Assembly: GCA_963755715.1 (NCBI GenBank) | Contig: CAVWLW010000074.1 | Location: 64,001 to 128,000, forward strand | Direction: 5' to 3' | DNA: 64,000 nucleotides | From: an uncultured delta proteobacterium | Lineage (GTDB): Bacteria > Desulfobacterota > Binatia > UBA9968 | Part shown: positions 1-9,446 of the stretch, piece by piece | Position numbering within the stretch: the first letter of the stretch is position 1 | Layout: every line of letters starts with the position of its first letter | The notes under the pieces: model-generated | Told to the model about the DNA's origin: nothing | The model's database searches: none | What the model saw: the letters and a program-made list of their open reading frames with translations, nothing else | Position numbers and translations under genes: made by a program

Positions 1-931
1 GGTCCGCTATGACGGCGCCGCGCATTTCTCGCCGAACATTTCTTTCGCTCTGGAGCCGAAAAGCAAAGCCGATGAAGACAAGTTGCCGCAAGGCTTGCAT
101 CGCATGATGGAAGAAGATCAGACTATCGCGATGCATCGCGACGAAGAAACGCGCGACTTTATTCTTTCCGGTATGGGGCAGCAGCACATCGAGATCATCG
201 TCGAAAAATTGAAACGCAAATACGGCGCGGAAGTCATTCTCAAAGCGCCCAAAGTGCCGTACAAGGAGACCATTCGCGGCAGCGCCAGCGCGCAGGGACG
301 GTTGAAGAAACAGACCGGCGGGCGCGGCCAGTTCGGCGATACTTGGCTCAAGGTCGAGCCGTTGCCGGCGGGCAAGGGATTCGAATTCGTCGATCAAATC
401 GTCGGCGGCGCGATCCCGCGCAATTATATTCCCGCCGTCGAGAAGGGCGTGAGAGAAGCGATGGTGGCCGGCTATCTGGCAGGTTATCAAATGGTCGACG
501 TGCGCGTGACCCTCTACGATGGATCGTATCACGACGTCGATTCTTCCGACATGGCCTTCAAGATCGCCGCATCGATGGGATTTAAAAACGCCGTGGAAAA
601 AGCCAAGCCGGTGCTTTTAGAGCCGGTGATGAATATGGAAATCTCGGTGCCCGACGAGTGCATGGGCGACGTGATCGGCGACCTGAACAGCCGGCGCGGC
701 AAAGTGCTCGGCATGGACACCAAAGGCCACACCCAGGTGATCAAATCGCGGGTGCCGATGGCCGAGGTTTTAAAATATGCGCCCGATCTGCGTTCCATTA
801 CCAGCGGGCGTGGCGAGTTTCATATAGAGTTTTCCCATTACGAAGAGTTGCCCGCACACTTGGCGGAAAAAGTGATCAAAGAAGCCAAGGCAAGCAAGGC
901 GGGGGAGCATAACGGGGAACACAAAGCGTAG
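1..931 (+). CDS. fusA: Elongation factor G (C-terminal part, truncated by window start); probably a stand-alone EF-G paralog
   Basis: Domain III-V motifs: GMGQQHIEI, PKVPYKETI, KKQTGGRGQFG, DGSYHDVDSSDMAFKIA, LLEPVM, GDVIGDLNSRRG. Confidence 0.95.
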   Translation, partial: VRYDGAAHFSPNISFALEPKSKADEDKLPQGLHRMMEEDQTIAMHRDEETRDFILSGMGQQHIEIIVEKLKRKYGAEVILKAPKVPYKETIRGSASAQGRLKKQTGGRGQFGDTWLKVEPLPAGKGFEFVDQIVGGAIPRNYIPAVEKGVREAMVAGYLAGYQMVDVRVTLYDGSYHDVDSSDMAFKIAASMGFKNAVEKAKPVLLEPVMNMEISVPDECMGDVIGDLNSRRGKVLGMDTKGHTQVIKSRVPMAEVLKYAPDLRSITSGRGEFHIEFSHYEELPAHLAEKVIKEAKASKAGEHNGEHKA

Positions 932-940
932 GGTAGTTGT

Positions 941-1159
941 ATGGCGCAGTCCTTCGACCAGTTCAACGCGTCGTTGCTTTATTGCAGCAAATGCGGCCGG
1001 GCGATGCCGGTGCGTGAAAAATTGTTGCTGGTGCTGCCGGATGGCGAGCTTTATGACTACACTTGCCAGGGGTGCAACAGCTCGGTCGGGTCCAAAACTG
1101 AAAAAGCTGGGCTCGATCCAACGGGGAAAAATCCGCGATCGAGATTGGGAGGGCTTTAG
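941..1159 (+). CDS. Small zinc-ribbon protein of unknown function
   Basis: 72 aa with CSKC...CQGC pairs; sits 9 nt after the fusA stop and 2 nt before the next gene. Confidence 0.75.
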   Translation: MAQSFDQFNASLLYCSKCGRAMPVREKLLLVLPDGELYDYTCQGCNSSVGSKTEKAGLDPTGKNPRSRLGGL

Positions 1160-1161
1160 CG

Positions 1162-2190
1162 ATGGTGGTGATCGATTCGGACGCGCATGTCTTAGAGACA
1201 AATCATACTTGGGATTACCTGCTGGAGTCGGAGCGCGACATGCGGCCGCGCATCGTGCCGACGCCGAACGACTCGTTATCGGGCGGGGAATCTTGGTTGG
1301 TTGACGGCACTTACATCGGCAAGGCGCGCAACGTCGGCCACGATACCTCGAGAGAGGCGCGCGAGATGGAAGACATCAAAGCCCGTCTCAAACACATGGA
1401 CGAGCTCGATATCGACATCCAGGTGCTGTATCCGACGATTTTTCTGCGCCCGTTCACGCGCCGTCCGGAAGTCGAGCTGGCCGTGACCCGGAGCTACAAC
1501 CGTTGGCTGATCGATATATGGAAAAAGGCGCCGGAGCGCTTGCGCTGGGTGGCGGTGCTGCCGCTCTTGTCCATGGACAAAGCAATCGAAGAAGCGCGCT
1601 TTGCCAAAGAGAACGGCGCCTGCGGCATCTTCATGCGCGGCTTGGAAGGCGACAAGCATATCAGCGACCCACATTTTTTTCCGATCTATGAGGAAGCCGG
1701 CAGACTGGATCTGCCGATCTGCGTGCACTCCGCCACCGGCAGCTTCGCGGTGCATGATTACTTTCTCAACGAGTGCGGCTTTAACAAATTCAAGCTCGCC
1801 GTGGTCGGCTCTTTTCACTCGTTGATCTTCAATAAAATCCCGGACAAATTTTCGCACACCAAATGGGCCTTCATCGAAGTGAGCTCTCAATGGGTGCCCT
1901 ACGCGATTCACGACTACGCAAGGCGGTTCGAGCGCAGCGGGGTTAGCGTCGACAAGAGTCAGGTGCTGCGCAGGAACAAGATCTGGATCACGTGCCAGAC
2001 CGATGACGACCTGCCCTACGTGCTTAAATATTCCGGCGACGACAGGCTCGTGATCGGCACCGATTACGGCCATAACGATACTTCGTCCGAAATCTTGGCG
2101 CTGCGCAAATTGAAGGAAGACGGCGCGGTGCCGACTTCCGTCGTCAACAAAATCCTCGATGACAATGCGCGCGCTTTATATGGCCTATGA
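1162..2190 (+). CDS. Amidohydrolase family protein (Amidohydro_2)
   Basis: IDSDAH N-terminal motif, HMDELDIDIQVLYPT, PICVH, IGTDYGH, ILDDNARALY. Confidence 0.9.
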   Translation: MVVIDSDAHVLETNHTWDYLLESERDMRPRIVPTPNDSLSGGESWLVDGTYIGKARNVGHDTSREAREMEDIKARLKHMDELDIDIQVLYPTIFLRPFTRRPEVELAVTRSYNRWLIDIWKKAPERLRWVAVLPLLSMDKAIEEARFAKENGACGIFMRGLEGDKHISDPHFFPIYEEAGRLDLPICVHSATGSFAVHDYFLNECGFNKFKLAVVGSFHSLIFNKIPDKFSHTKWAFIEVSSQWVPYAIHDYARRFERSGVSVDKSQVLRRNKIWITCQTDDDLPYVLKYSGDDRLVIGTDYGHNDTSSEILALRKLKEDGAVPTSVVNKILDDNARALYGL

Positions 2191-2212
2191 GACTTATTTA
2201 CTGTGACTGGAC

Positions 2213-3238
2213 ATGATTATTGATTTTCAAGCCCACGTCTTCCCCGAAGCTTACATCGCTGAAATGAATCGTCTCGACGGCGCCGTCGTTCTCGAGGAGC
2301 CTGATCCGCACAGCGGCATGAGGTACTTCTACGATAAGAAACTCAAATGCCGGATCAACACCGCGACGTTCCAAGGACAAGACATCGAAAAACGTTTAAA
2401 GCACATGGATGAATTGGGCATCGATATCCACGTGCTGACGATTCCCGCGCCCGGCGCGGACCGCTTCGAGAGTGATGACGCGATTCAGATCGCGCGCGTC
2501 GCTAATGATGCGATCGCGGCGATCGCGCGGCGCTATCCCAAACGGTTCATCGGGTTCTTCACCCTGCCGACCTGCGATATCAAAGCGTCGCTCGACGAGC
2601 TCGAGCGCTCGGTCAATGATCTCGGCCTACGCGGTTTCGGCTGCTTCGTAAATCTCAACGGCCAGGCTTTGGATCGGGAAGAGCTCTTTCCGATTTACGA
2701 ACAGCTGGTGAAATACAAGCTGCCCGTTTACCTCCATCCGACCGCGCCGCTGGCGACGGAAGCGACCGGCATCGACATCATGCCGACCTTGATCTTCGGT
2801 TGGGCGTTCGACAGCAGCGTGGCCATGACGCGCCTCGTGTATGGCCGGGTGCTCGAGCGCTTTCCGGAGATCAACTGGGTTGTCGCTGACGTCGGCGGTG
2901 TGTTGGCGTTCTTCGCGCAGCGCGCAATCAATATCTACACGGGACGCACCGACGAGATTCGGCACAAGTATGGGTTGAAAGAAAATCCGCTAGACTCGTT
3001 TCGACGATTTTACGTCGACACGGCCGATCACCCGGCATCGACGCTTCGTTGCGTGAAAGACTTTTTCGGTACCGACAGAATGGTCTTGGGCACCAACTAT
3101 CCTTATGGCCCGGAAGAAGGTTGTGTGCTGGTAAAAAACAGCCTCAAGGCGATCGACGGACTCGATCTCGATACAATGGACAAAGAAAAAATTCTCGGCG
3201 GCAACGCGGCGGGAATTCTTGGACTTGGAGCAACATGA
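2213..3238 (+). CDS. Amidohydrolase family protein (ACMSD/LigW-like fold, atypical metal ligands)
   Basis: IDFQAHVFP, PVYLHP, VLERFP, LGTNYPY, ILGGNAA. Confidence 0.88.
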   Translation: MIIDFQAHVFPEAYIAEMNRLDGAVVLEEPDPHSGMRYFYDKKLKCRINTATFQGQDIEKRLKHMDELGIDIHVLTIPAPGADRFESDDAIQIARVANDAIAAIARRYPKRFIGFFTLPTCDIKASLDELERSVNDLGLRGFGCFVNLNGQALDREELFPIYEQLVKYKLPVYLHPTAPLATEATGIDIMPTLIFGWAFDSSVAMTRLVYGRVLERFPEINWVVADVGGVLAFFAQRAINIYTGRTDEIRHKYGLKENPLDSFRRFYVDTADHPASTLRCVKDFFGTDRMVLGTNYPYGPEEGCVLVKNSLKAIDGLDLDTMDKEKILGGNAAGILGLGAT

Positions 3239-4836
3239 ATTTCGCCAAAGCGGCACGACCGGTGATGATGGGGCAAAACGGCATGGTGTCCTGCGGCCAT
3301 CAGCTGGGGGCGCTTACCGGTATCGATATTCTTCGGGAAGGCGGCAACGCCGTCGACGCCGCGCTCGCGGCGGCGTTCGTCATGGCGGTAGTCAAGCCTG
3401 AGACGAGCGGTCCCGGAGGCGATCTGTTTGCGCTTGTCTACATGAGAAAGACGGGCAAAGTGGAGGCGCTCAACTCCAGCGGCCCCGCGCCGGCGAAAGC
3501 GACCATCGAGTATTTTCAGGAGCACGGGTTGAAGAGCATTCCGCAGTATGGACCGCTGAGCATCGCGGTGCCGGGCGCGGTGGACGGCTGGTTGGAGCTG
3601 CACAAAAAGTACGGCACGAAAGACTTATCGCGGTTGATGGCCGACGCGATTCACATCGCGCGCACGGGTTTTCCGATCTCACAAGAATTTGCCGAAAGTA
3701 TCGACGAGTTCAGCAATGAATTTCCCTGGGTCGATCGCTGCTACCGTCGGCCGTTCGGCATGCCGACGCCTGGAAAGATACTTGTACAAAAGGGTTTGGG
3801 CGACGTGCTCGATAGGATCGCGCAAAAAGGGCGCGACGGTTTTTACGCCGGCGAAATCGCCGATAAAATCTGCGCGACGATCAAAGCCGAAGGCGGCATT
3901 CTGGCGCCCGAAGATTTGCAGCCAATCGTTTGTCAGTGGCTGGATCCGGTCAGCTCGACGTACCGTAACACGCTGGTTTACGAGCAGCCGCCGGTATCCC
4001 AGGGCTTTATGGTTCTCGAGATGCTCAATATTGCCGAGCTGTGGCCCTTCCACGACGGCAGCATGAGCCAGGCTGATATAATTCATTGCCAAGTCGCGGC
4101 TAAGAAGCTGGCTTTCGAAGACCGCATCCGTTACCTGGAGGATCCGAAATTCGGCGATCCGAAAATCGCTATGCTGATTTCGAAAGAGTATGCAGCAAAG
4201 CGCCGTGAATTATTCGGTGAGATCATGAATCGGCCGACGGCAAGGATCGCGAATCAGAGCAGCGACACGACGTACCTTTGCGTGGCGGATCGAGACGGCA
4301 ACGCGATTTCATTTATCCAGAGCGTCTTCGCGCCGTTCGGCTCGCGCGTGATCGCCGGTGATACCGGCGTAATTATGAATAATCGCCTGTGCAGCTTCGG
4401 TCTCGATCCGAGCAGGGCCAATGCGGTCAAACCGGGAAAACGTCCGGCGCACACGCTCAACACCTACATGGTTTTCCGCGGCGACGAAGTCTTCGCCGTC
4501 GGCGGCAGCCCCGGCGCCGACGACCAGCCGCAAACGAACTTCCAGATCATTCACGATCTGGTCGATTTAGGGATGGATCCGCAAAGCGCCGTCGAAGCCC
4601 CGCGCTGGAGCCATCAACCGGGCACGCCGCCGCGCGACCAATTACCGGAGTCACTGCGTGTCGAAGAAGGCTTGGATCAACTGACCCTCGATAGTTTGCG
4701 CGAAAAAGGTCACGCTGTGTCGGTCGTCGAGCGCTGGTCGTTCGGCAGCGCGAAAGTGATTGTCAGAGATCAAGAGAACGGCTGTTGGCTCGGCGGCGCC
4801 GACCCGCGCCGTGTCGCCTACGCGTTGGGCTATTGA
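3235..4836 (+). CDS. ggt: Gamma-glutamyltransferase family Ntn-hydrolase (YwrD/HpxW-like)
   Basis: GGNAVDAALA, VPGAVDGW, catalytic Thr in DTTYLCVADRDGN, PGKRPAHTLN, GGADPRR; ATG at 3235 overlaps the upstream stop (ATGA). Confidence 0.9.
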   Translation: MNFAKAARPVMMGQNGMVSCGHQLGALTGIDILREGGNAVDAALAAAFVMAVVKPETSGPGGDLFALVYMRKTGKVEALNSSGPAPAKATIEYFQEHGLKSIPQYGPLSIAVPGAVDGWLELHKKYGTKDLSRLMADAIHIARTGFPISQEFAESIDEFSNEFPWVDRCYRRPFGMPTPGKILVQKGLGDVLDRIAQKGRDGFYAGEIADKICATIKAEGGILAPEDLQPIVCQWLDPVSSTYRNTLVYEQPPVSQGFMVLEMLNIAELWPFHDGSMSQADIIHCQVAAKKLAFEDRIRYLEDPKFGDPKIAMLISKEYAAKRRELFGEIMNRPTARIANQSSDTTYLCVADRDGNAISFIQSVFAPFGSRVIAGDTGVIMNNRLCSFGLDPSRANAVKPGKRPAHTLNTYMVFRGDEVFAVGGSPGADDQPQTNFQIIHDLVDLGMDPQSAVEAPRWSHQPGTPPRDQLPESLRVEEGLDQLTLDSLREKGHAVSVVERWSFGSAKVIVRDQENGCWLGGADPRRVAYALGY

Positions 4837-4936
4837 TTCGTCAAGCACCGCGAAAGTCAGTTTGCTGGCCGCCCGCTTCCTTTAACATGCTGCTCAAAGG
4901 GTAACGCTTCGCCTTCCGACCGGCACAGGAGTAAAC

Positions 4937-5779
4937 GTGGAAAAGATCGGTATGATTGGCACCGGCGCGATGGGATTGGCGCTGCTCGAACGGCTCAAGG
5001 TCGCGGGCGTTAACGCCGTCTGCTACGACGCCTACGCGCCGGCGCTGGAGCAGGCGGGGGCATTGGGCATGCGCACTGTCGGCAGCTCGGCGGAAGTTGC
5101 CGCGGAGTCGACGCTGATCGATATCGTCGTACGCACCGATGAGGACATGGTCGATTGCGTTATCGGCGCGCATGGGGTTTTGGCGAATGCGCAGCCGGGA
5201 ACTCTATTGTTGCTGCACAGTTCGATACTGCCGCAGACGATGATTAAAGTCGGGCAAGCAGCAAGCGGCAAAGGCGTGCACGTGGTCGATGCCTGCATGA
5301 CCGGCGTGCCGGACGCTGTGCGCGCCGGTGAATTGTGCTTTGTTGTCGGCGGCGCGGAGGACTTGGTGCAACGCGCCAGGCCACATTTGCTCAAGATGAG
5401 CAAAGAGGTTTTTCACATGGGGCCGCTCGGCACCGGCGCCGTGGGAAAGCTGATCGTGAACATGCTCGGCGGCGCAGAGACGCTGATTGTGCACGAAGCG
5501 ATTCAGATCGGTTTGGCGGGCGGCATTCCTTATCCGAAGGCGCTAGAGATGATGCGCCGCATCGGCCACAATAGCGTGCTCAACCGCTGGCAGCGCACGT
5601 TCGACCCGGTGGGAAACGATCCGCTGCCGAGATCGGGCCGGAACGTTTTGAACAAAGACATTCCGCTGGTTGCCGAGTTGGCACGGCTGCACGACCTCGA
5701 TGTCCCGATCACTCGGCAATTGGCTGCATCGGCCAAGCGCATTGTCGATGCCAATGAAAAACGCAACAAGAAGTCATAG
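4937..5779 (+). CDS. NAD(P)-dependent oxidoreductase, 3-hydroxyisobutyrate dehydrogenase family
   Basis: IGTGAMG Rossmann motif, GPLGTGAVGKLIVN catalytic Lys region; GTG start with AGGAG RBS. Confidence 0.85.
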   Translation: MEKIGMIGTGAMGLALLERLKVAGVNAVCYDAYAPALEQAGALGMRTVGSSAEVAAESTLIDIVVRTDEDMVDCVIGAHGVLANAQPGTLLLLHSSILPQTMIKVGQAASGKGVHVVDACMTGVPDAVRAGELCFVVGGAEDLVQRARPHLLKMSKEVFHMGPLGTGAVGKLIVNMLGGAETLIVHEAIQIGLAGGIPYPKALEMMRRIGHNSVLNRWQRTFDPVGNDPLPRSGRNVLNKDIPLVAELARLHDLDVPITRQLAASAKRIVDANEKRNKKS

Positions 5780-5818
5780 TTTTCGTATGGCCATCGCCGA
5801 CGAAGGGAAAAGCAAAAA

Positions 5819-6871
5819 TTGAAATTCAGTCTGTTTACGGAAATTCAATGTCCGCCGGGCTCGTCACCGACGGCGCGGCTCGAAGAATTCATGGAACAAG
5901 CCGAGCTGGCCGATCGCTTGGGATTCTACACCTACTGGATTGCAGAGATTCACTGCCAGCCTAAATTTTCGCTGCTCTCCGCTCCTTACGTTGTGCTTGG
6001 TGCGGTGGCGCAGAGAACCAAACGTCTGCGCCTCGGTGTCGCCGTCAACACATTGCCGGTGCACCATCCGGTGCAGCTTGCCGAAGAAGCGGCGATGCTC
6101 GATCTGGTCAGCAACGGCCGGATGGATTTCGCCGCCGGCGGCGGTCATCCGCACAGCCGAGCGTATGAATGCTTCGGCGCCGATCACAAGTCGACTCACG
6201 ACGTCATGGCCGAGTCGCTCGAAGTGATTCGCAAAGCGTGGTCCGAACCGACGCTTGCCTACAGCGGTAAGTTTTTTCAGATTCCCGAAGTGATCGTCAA
6301 TCCGAAACCGGTGCAGCATCCGCTGCCGCCAGTCTACATGGCAACGAGCTCGCTCGACGGCGTCGAAGTCGGCGCGCGCTTGGGGATCAATATGTTCTTG
6401 CCGATTCACACGCGCGCCCCAGAACAGGTTGTCGAGTACGCGCAGGCGTACTGGGACGGTCTGAAGAAAAATGGCCATGAACCGAAAAGCCGGGAGCTCG
6501 GCTTGTTGATTCCAATGCACTTGGCCGCGACGACCGCCGAAGCGAAAAGCCGCGCGGAAGCCGGCGTGATGAGTTATTTCAAAACGATCCTCGACCTGCG
6601 CTTGGATTACACCGATTGGCTGACGCGACGCGGCGTCGAGCTGCCGTCGCGCTTGCGCACTGCGGCGGGAACGATGGTCGGGTTCGACACGGTCTGTGAA
6701 AAACATGCGGTCATCGGCGATGCCAATCTTGCCGTTGAGAAACTCAAAGAACTGACGCAAAAAACCGGCGCGACGAATCTGCTCACATGGTTCAACATCG
6801 GCACCGTGCCGCATCCGCTTGTAAAGGAGTCGATGGAGCGGTTTATTAAAGACGTGATGCCGAAGCTGTAA
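5819..6871 (+). CDS. LLM-class flavin-dependent oxidoreductase
   Basis: WIAEIH, RTKRLRLGVAV, HPVQLAEEAAMLDLVSNGR, PKPVQHPLPP. Confidence 0.92.
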   Translation: MKFSLFTEIQCPPGSSPTARLEEFMEQAELADRLGFYTYWIAEIHCQPKFSLLSAPYVVLGAVAQRTKRLRLGVAVNTLPVHHPVQLAEEAAMLDLVSNGRMDFAAGGGHPHSRAYECFGADHKSTHDVMAESLEVIRKAWSEPTLAYSGKFFQIPEVIVNPKPVQHPLPPVYMATSSLDGVEVGARLGINMFLPIHTRAPEQVVEYAQAYWDGLKKNGHEPKSRELGLLIPMHLAATTAEAKSRAEAGVMSYFKTILDLRLDYTDWLTRRGVELPSRLRTAAGTMVGFDTVCEKHAVIGDANLAVEKLKELTQKTGATNLLTWFNIGTVPHPLVKESMERFIKDVMPKL

Positions 6872-6880
6872 GATCGGTGT

Positions 6881-6904
6881 GTAGGGGCACGGCAGGCCGT
6901 GCCC
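6881..6904. repeat. REP-like GTAG palindrome
   Basis: GTAG followed by GGGCACGGC-ag-GCCGTGCCC hairpin in the intergenic space. Confidence 0.6.
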
Positions 6905-6942
6905 GCATCGATGCACCGTGAAACTGTAATCGGAGGATTAAC

Positions 6943-7296
6943 ATGGAAGAGTTGACCGAACAAAAATGCGTAGCTTGCCGCGTCGGCGCGCCGTCGGTGA
7001 CGCCGGAGGAGACGAAAGAACTCCAGCCTCAAGTGCCGGAGTGGCAGATCGTGACTGAAGACGGGATTCCGAAATTGGATCGCCTGTTCAAGTTCAAAAA
7101 TTTCAAAGACGCTATTTCATTTACCGACGAAGTCGGCGCAGCGGCTGAAGAAGAAGGTCATCATCCACGCATTACGACGGAGTGGGGCAAGGTTGCCGTC
7201 ACGTGGTGGACGCACAAGATCAAGAATTTGCATAAGAACGACTTCATCATGGCCGCGAAGACCGACGCGATCTATAAGAAGTATGCTCAGTTGTAA
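6943..7296 (+). CDS. phhB: Pterin-4-alpha-carbinolamine dehydratase
   Basis: AEEEGHHP, VTWWTHKIKNLHKNDFIMAAK; GGAGG RBS. Confidence 0.93.
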   Translation: MEELTEQKCVACRVGAPSVTPEETKELQPQVPEWQIVTEDGIPKLDRLFKFKNFKDAISFTDEVGAAAEEEGHHPRITTEWGKVAVTWWTHKIKNLHKNDFIMAAKTDAIYKKYAQL

Positions 7297-7784
7297 GCAT
7301 TCCACCAGGTTTTTGGGTAACCGGCATTAGATTGATTAGAAGAACCGCGAAATACTAACGACGCAGCGCTGGAGGAAATTTCTTAAAGGCGAGTTTCATT
7401 AGCCAGCGATTTTCGCTGGCATCGGGTTCCAGAGCGAAGTTCCACCGTTTGTATCCAGGGGTGGTAGCCACCAGGCTACGCAAATCGGCGATGATCCAGT
7501 CCAAGCCTTTACGCTGAGCTTGCGCGTGAAGCGGCCCTGTTCGTCGAACGAATAAATAGCGATTTCACCGAGCACGTCCGTGCCGTCGATACGATTGACG
7601 ACAATAAAATGAGACAAAAGAATAGCCTCATCGATTCAGGCTTCCGAGTATTAATAAAAGTGTTTATGCAGAGATCTGCATGGAGAACATGATCGTCGCA
7701 AGAGCTCTTGGCGGTTGTAATTTTAGATTTTTAGAACGATTAGGACGCTAATGCGGTGGCCAAATCCGTGCTCACGGTTGCCGG

Positions 7785-9446
7785 CTATTGCATTACCTGA
7801 TCGATCACCACATCTACGTTCTTTGTCCCCACTTCCGCAGGATTTTTTTTGTACTCCCCGGTCATGTCGCCGGGGGTGCGGGTGACGGGGTTGCCGTCTT
7901 TGTCGAGGCGAACGGTGAGGTTGATCTTGCCGGTGAAGGGCGTGCCTTGCATCATCACGTTTTCCTGACTCAACGAGTAGGTAAGCGGAAAGACCGGCTT
8001 GTCGATTTTTTTGACGGCGAGGGGCGGGCCGCCGGCGCCGCCGCCGGGGCGGGCGATGATGAACAGCGCGGCGTTGGGATCGACGTTGGCTTTGAGCTTC
8101 GGGTCGATAGTGATTTTGCCACTGATTTGTGCGGACGATGGCGCAGCGGCTGTCGGAGTCTTCTCAGTTGCGGCTGATCGGGTTGAGTTGCCGCCGGTCG
8201 CCGGGATCTCGGCGAGCACTTTGACGATCTCATTTCGTTGTTCGCCTGCGGGAAGGAGATTCAAAAGCCGCTCCAGGATTTCACGCGCGCCGGCAAAATC
8301 TTTTTTGTCTTGGTACAAGACCATCCCTTTGCCCCAGAGCGCCATGGGAAAATTCGGCGCTTGAGATAAAGCTTTGTCGAAGGCCATCAACGCGCCGTCG
8401 CCGTGACCGGCTTGCACCAAAATAAATCCCATGTAGCTGTGTGCTTCCGGATTGTTCGGATCGGCGGCGAGGACTTTTTTGAAAGCTTCGATCGCTTTGG
8501 GAAAATCCTGATTGCCGAAAGCCTGTTTGCCTTCGTTGAGCGCTGCGCGGACCTCGACGGATGAGGAGTTGGTGCCGGTCAGGAAATCGCCGGTCATCGT
8601 GTCGTTTTCCGATTCGCGCGGGCGCACCGACTTGGTCAGCATCACGCCTAACGCCAGGCCGAAGAGCATAAGAAAAGTTCCACCGGCAATGATCTGCCAG
8701 CGGCGGAATTGAGATGGGTTGGCGTTGACCTTGACGTCACGAGCGCGGGACTTGCCCGCAGGCGCGGGCTTGGCTGCGGGCTCCGGCGGCAGCGAACCGA
8801 GTTGTTGAATGACGGTGCCCGCTTTGGTTTCGATCTCCTGCTTGAGCCCCGTGTAGTCCGACTCAGAAAGTTTGCCGGATTGAAAGTCGAAGTCTAGATC
8901 GATCAATTCATTGCGCAGCCGGGCGCGCTCGCGCAACAGTTGGGCCTTGGCGCTCGCGTCTTCAAGATCAGGCTCTTCGACATTTTTACGCAAAAGCTCA
9001 GCGCGGATTTGTTGAGAAACCGGCGCCGGAGCCGCGCTTTGCTCCGCGTTTTTTTTCCTGGCCACCCAGCGCCGCACAAACCAAAGCGCGGCGCTGACGC
9101 CGAGCACGAGCACGACGTACGGCAGGATCCACAAAAGCGCGCTGAAACCGGTAGTCTTCGGTTTGAGTAGCACCCATTCGCCGTATTTCGACACGAAGAA
9201 GGCTTTGATCTCGTCAGGCGATTTGCCGGCCTGCAGCTGCTCGCGCACGATGGCGCGCATCTGCTGGGCCATTTCCGAAGGCGAGTCGGCGACCGAAAGA
9301 TTTTGACAAACGACGCAGCGCAGCTCGGTGGCGACAGCGCGGGTTTGGTCGTCGAGATCGGGCGCGGTTGCGGCGTGGAGTGGATGAACGAATAAGACCC
9401 ATAGGGCGAATATGGCAAATAGCGTGCTTGGGCTCATCGTCTTCAT
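7785..9446 (-). CDS. ccmH: Cytochrome c biogenesis CcmH fused to CcmI/CycH-like TPR and C-terminal domain
   Basis: LRCVVCQN motif, FFVSKYGEWVLL, two TM segments, TPR repeats, C-terminal PPLAVKK...RLDKDG domain; true start MKTMSPS at 9446 overlaps the ccmG stop. Confidence 0.88.
   Translation of the reverse strand: MKTMSPSTLFAIFALWVLFVHPLHAATAPDLDDQTRAVATELRCVVCQNLSVADSPSEMAQQMRAIVREQLQAGKSPDEIKAFFVSKYGEWVLLKPKTTGFSALLWILPYVVLVLGVSAALWFVRRWVARKKNAEQSAAPAPVSQQIRAELLRKNVEEPDLEDASAKAQLLRERARLRNELIDLDFDFQSGKLSESDYTGLKQEIETKAGTVIQQLGSLPPEPAAKPAPAGKSRARDVKVNANPSQFRRWQIIAGGTFLMLFGLALGVMLTKSVRPRESENDTMTGDFLTGTNSSSVEVRAALNEGKQAFGNQDFPKAIEAFKKVLAADPNNPEAHSYMGFILVQAGHGDGALMAFDKALSQAPNFPMALWGKGMVLYQDKKDFAGAREILERLLNLLPAGEQRNEIVKVLAEIPATGGNSTRSAATEKTPTAAAPSSAQISGKITIDPKLKANVDPNAALFIIARPGGGAGGPPLAVKKIDKPVFPLTYSLSQENVMMQGTPFTGKINLTVRLDKDGNPVTRTPGDMTGEYKKNPAEVGTKNVDVVIDQVMQ

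Noticed and set aside
5864-6916. Long antisense ORFs (e.g. 5864-6916, 52294-53364, 29842-30777)
   Set aside because: Shadow ORFs opposite well-supported genes, expected in GC-rich DNA
7399-7631. Small minus-strand ORF or possible secreted-protein remnant in an AT-richer spacer
   Set aside because: No recognisable motif or convincing RBS; cannot be supported as a gene
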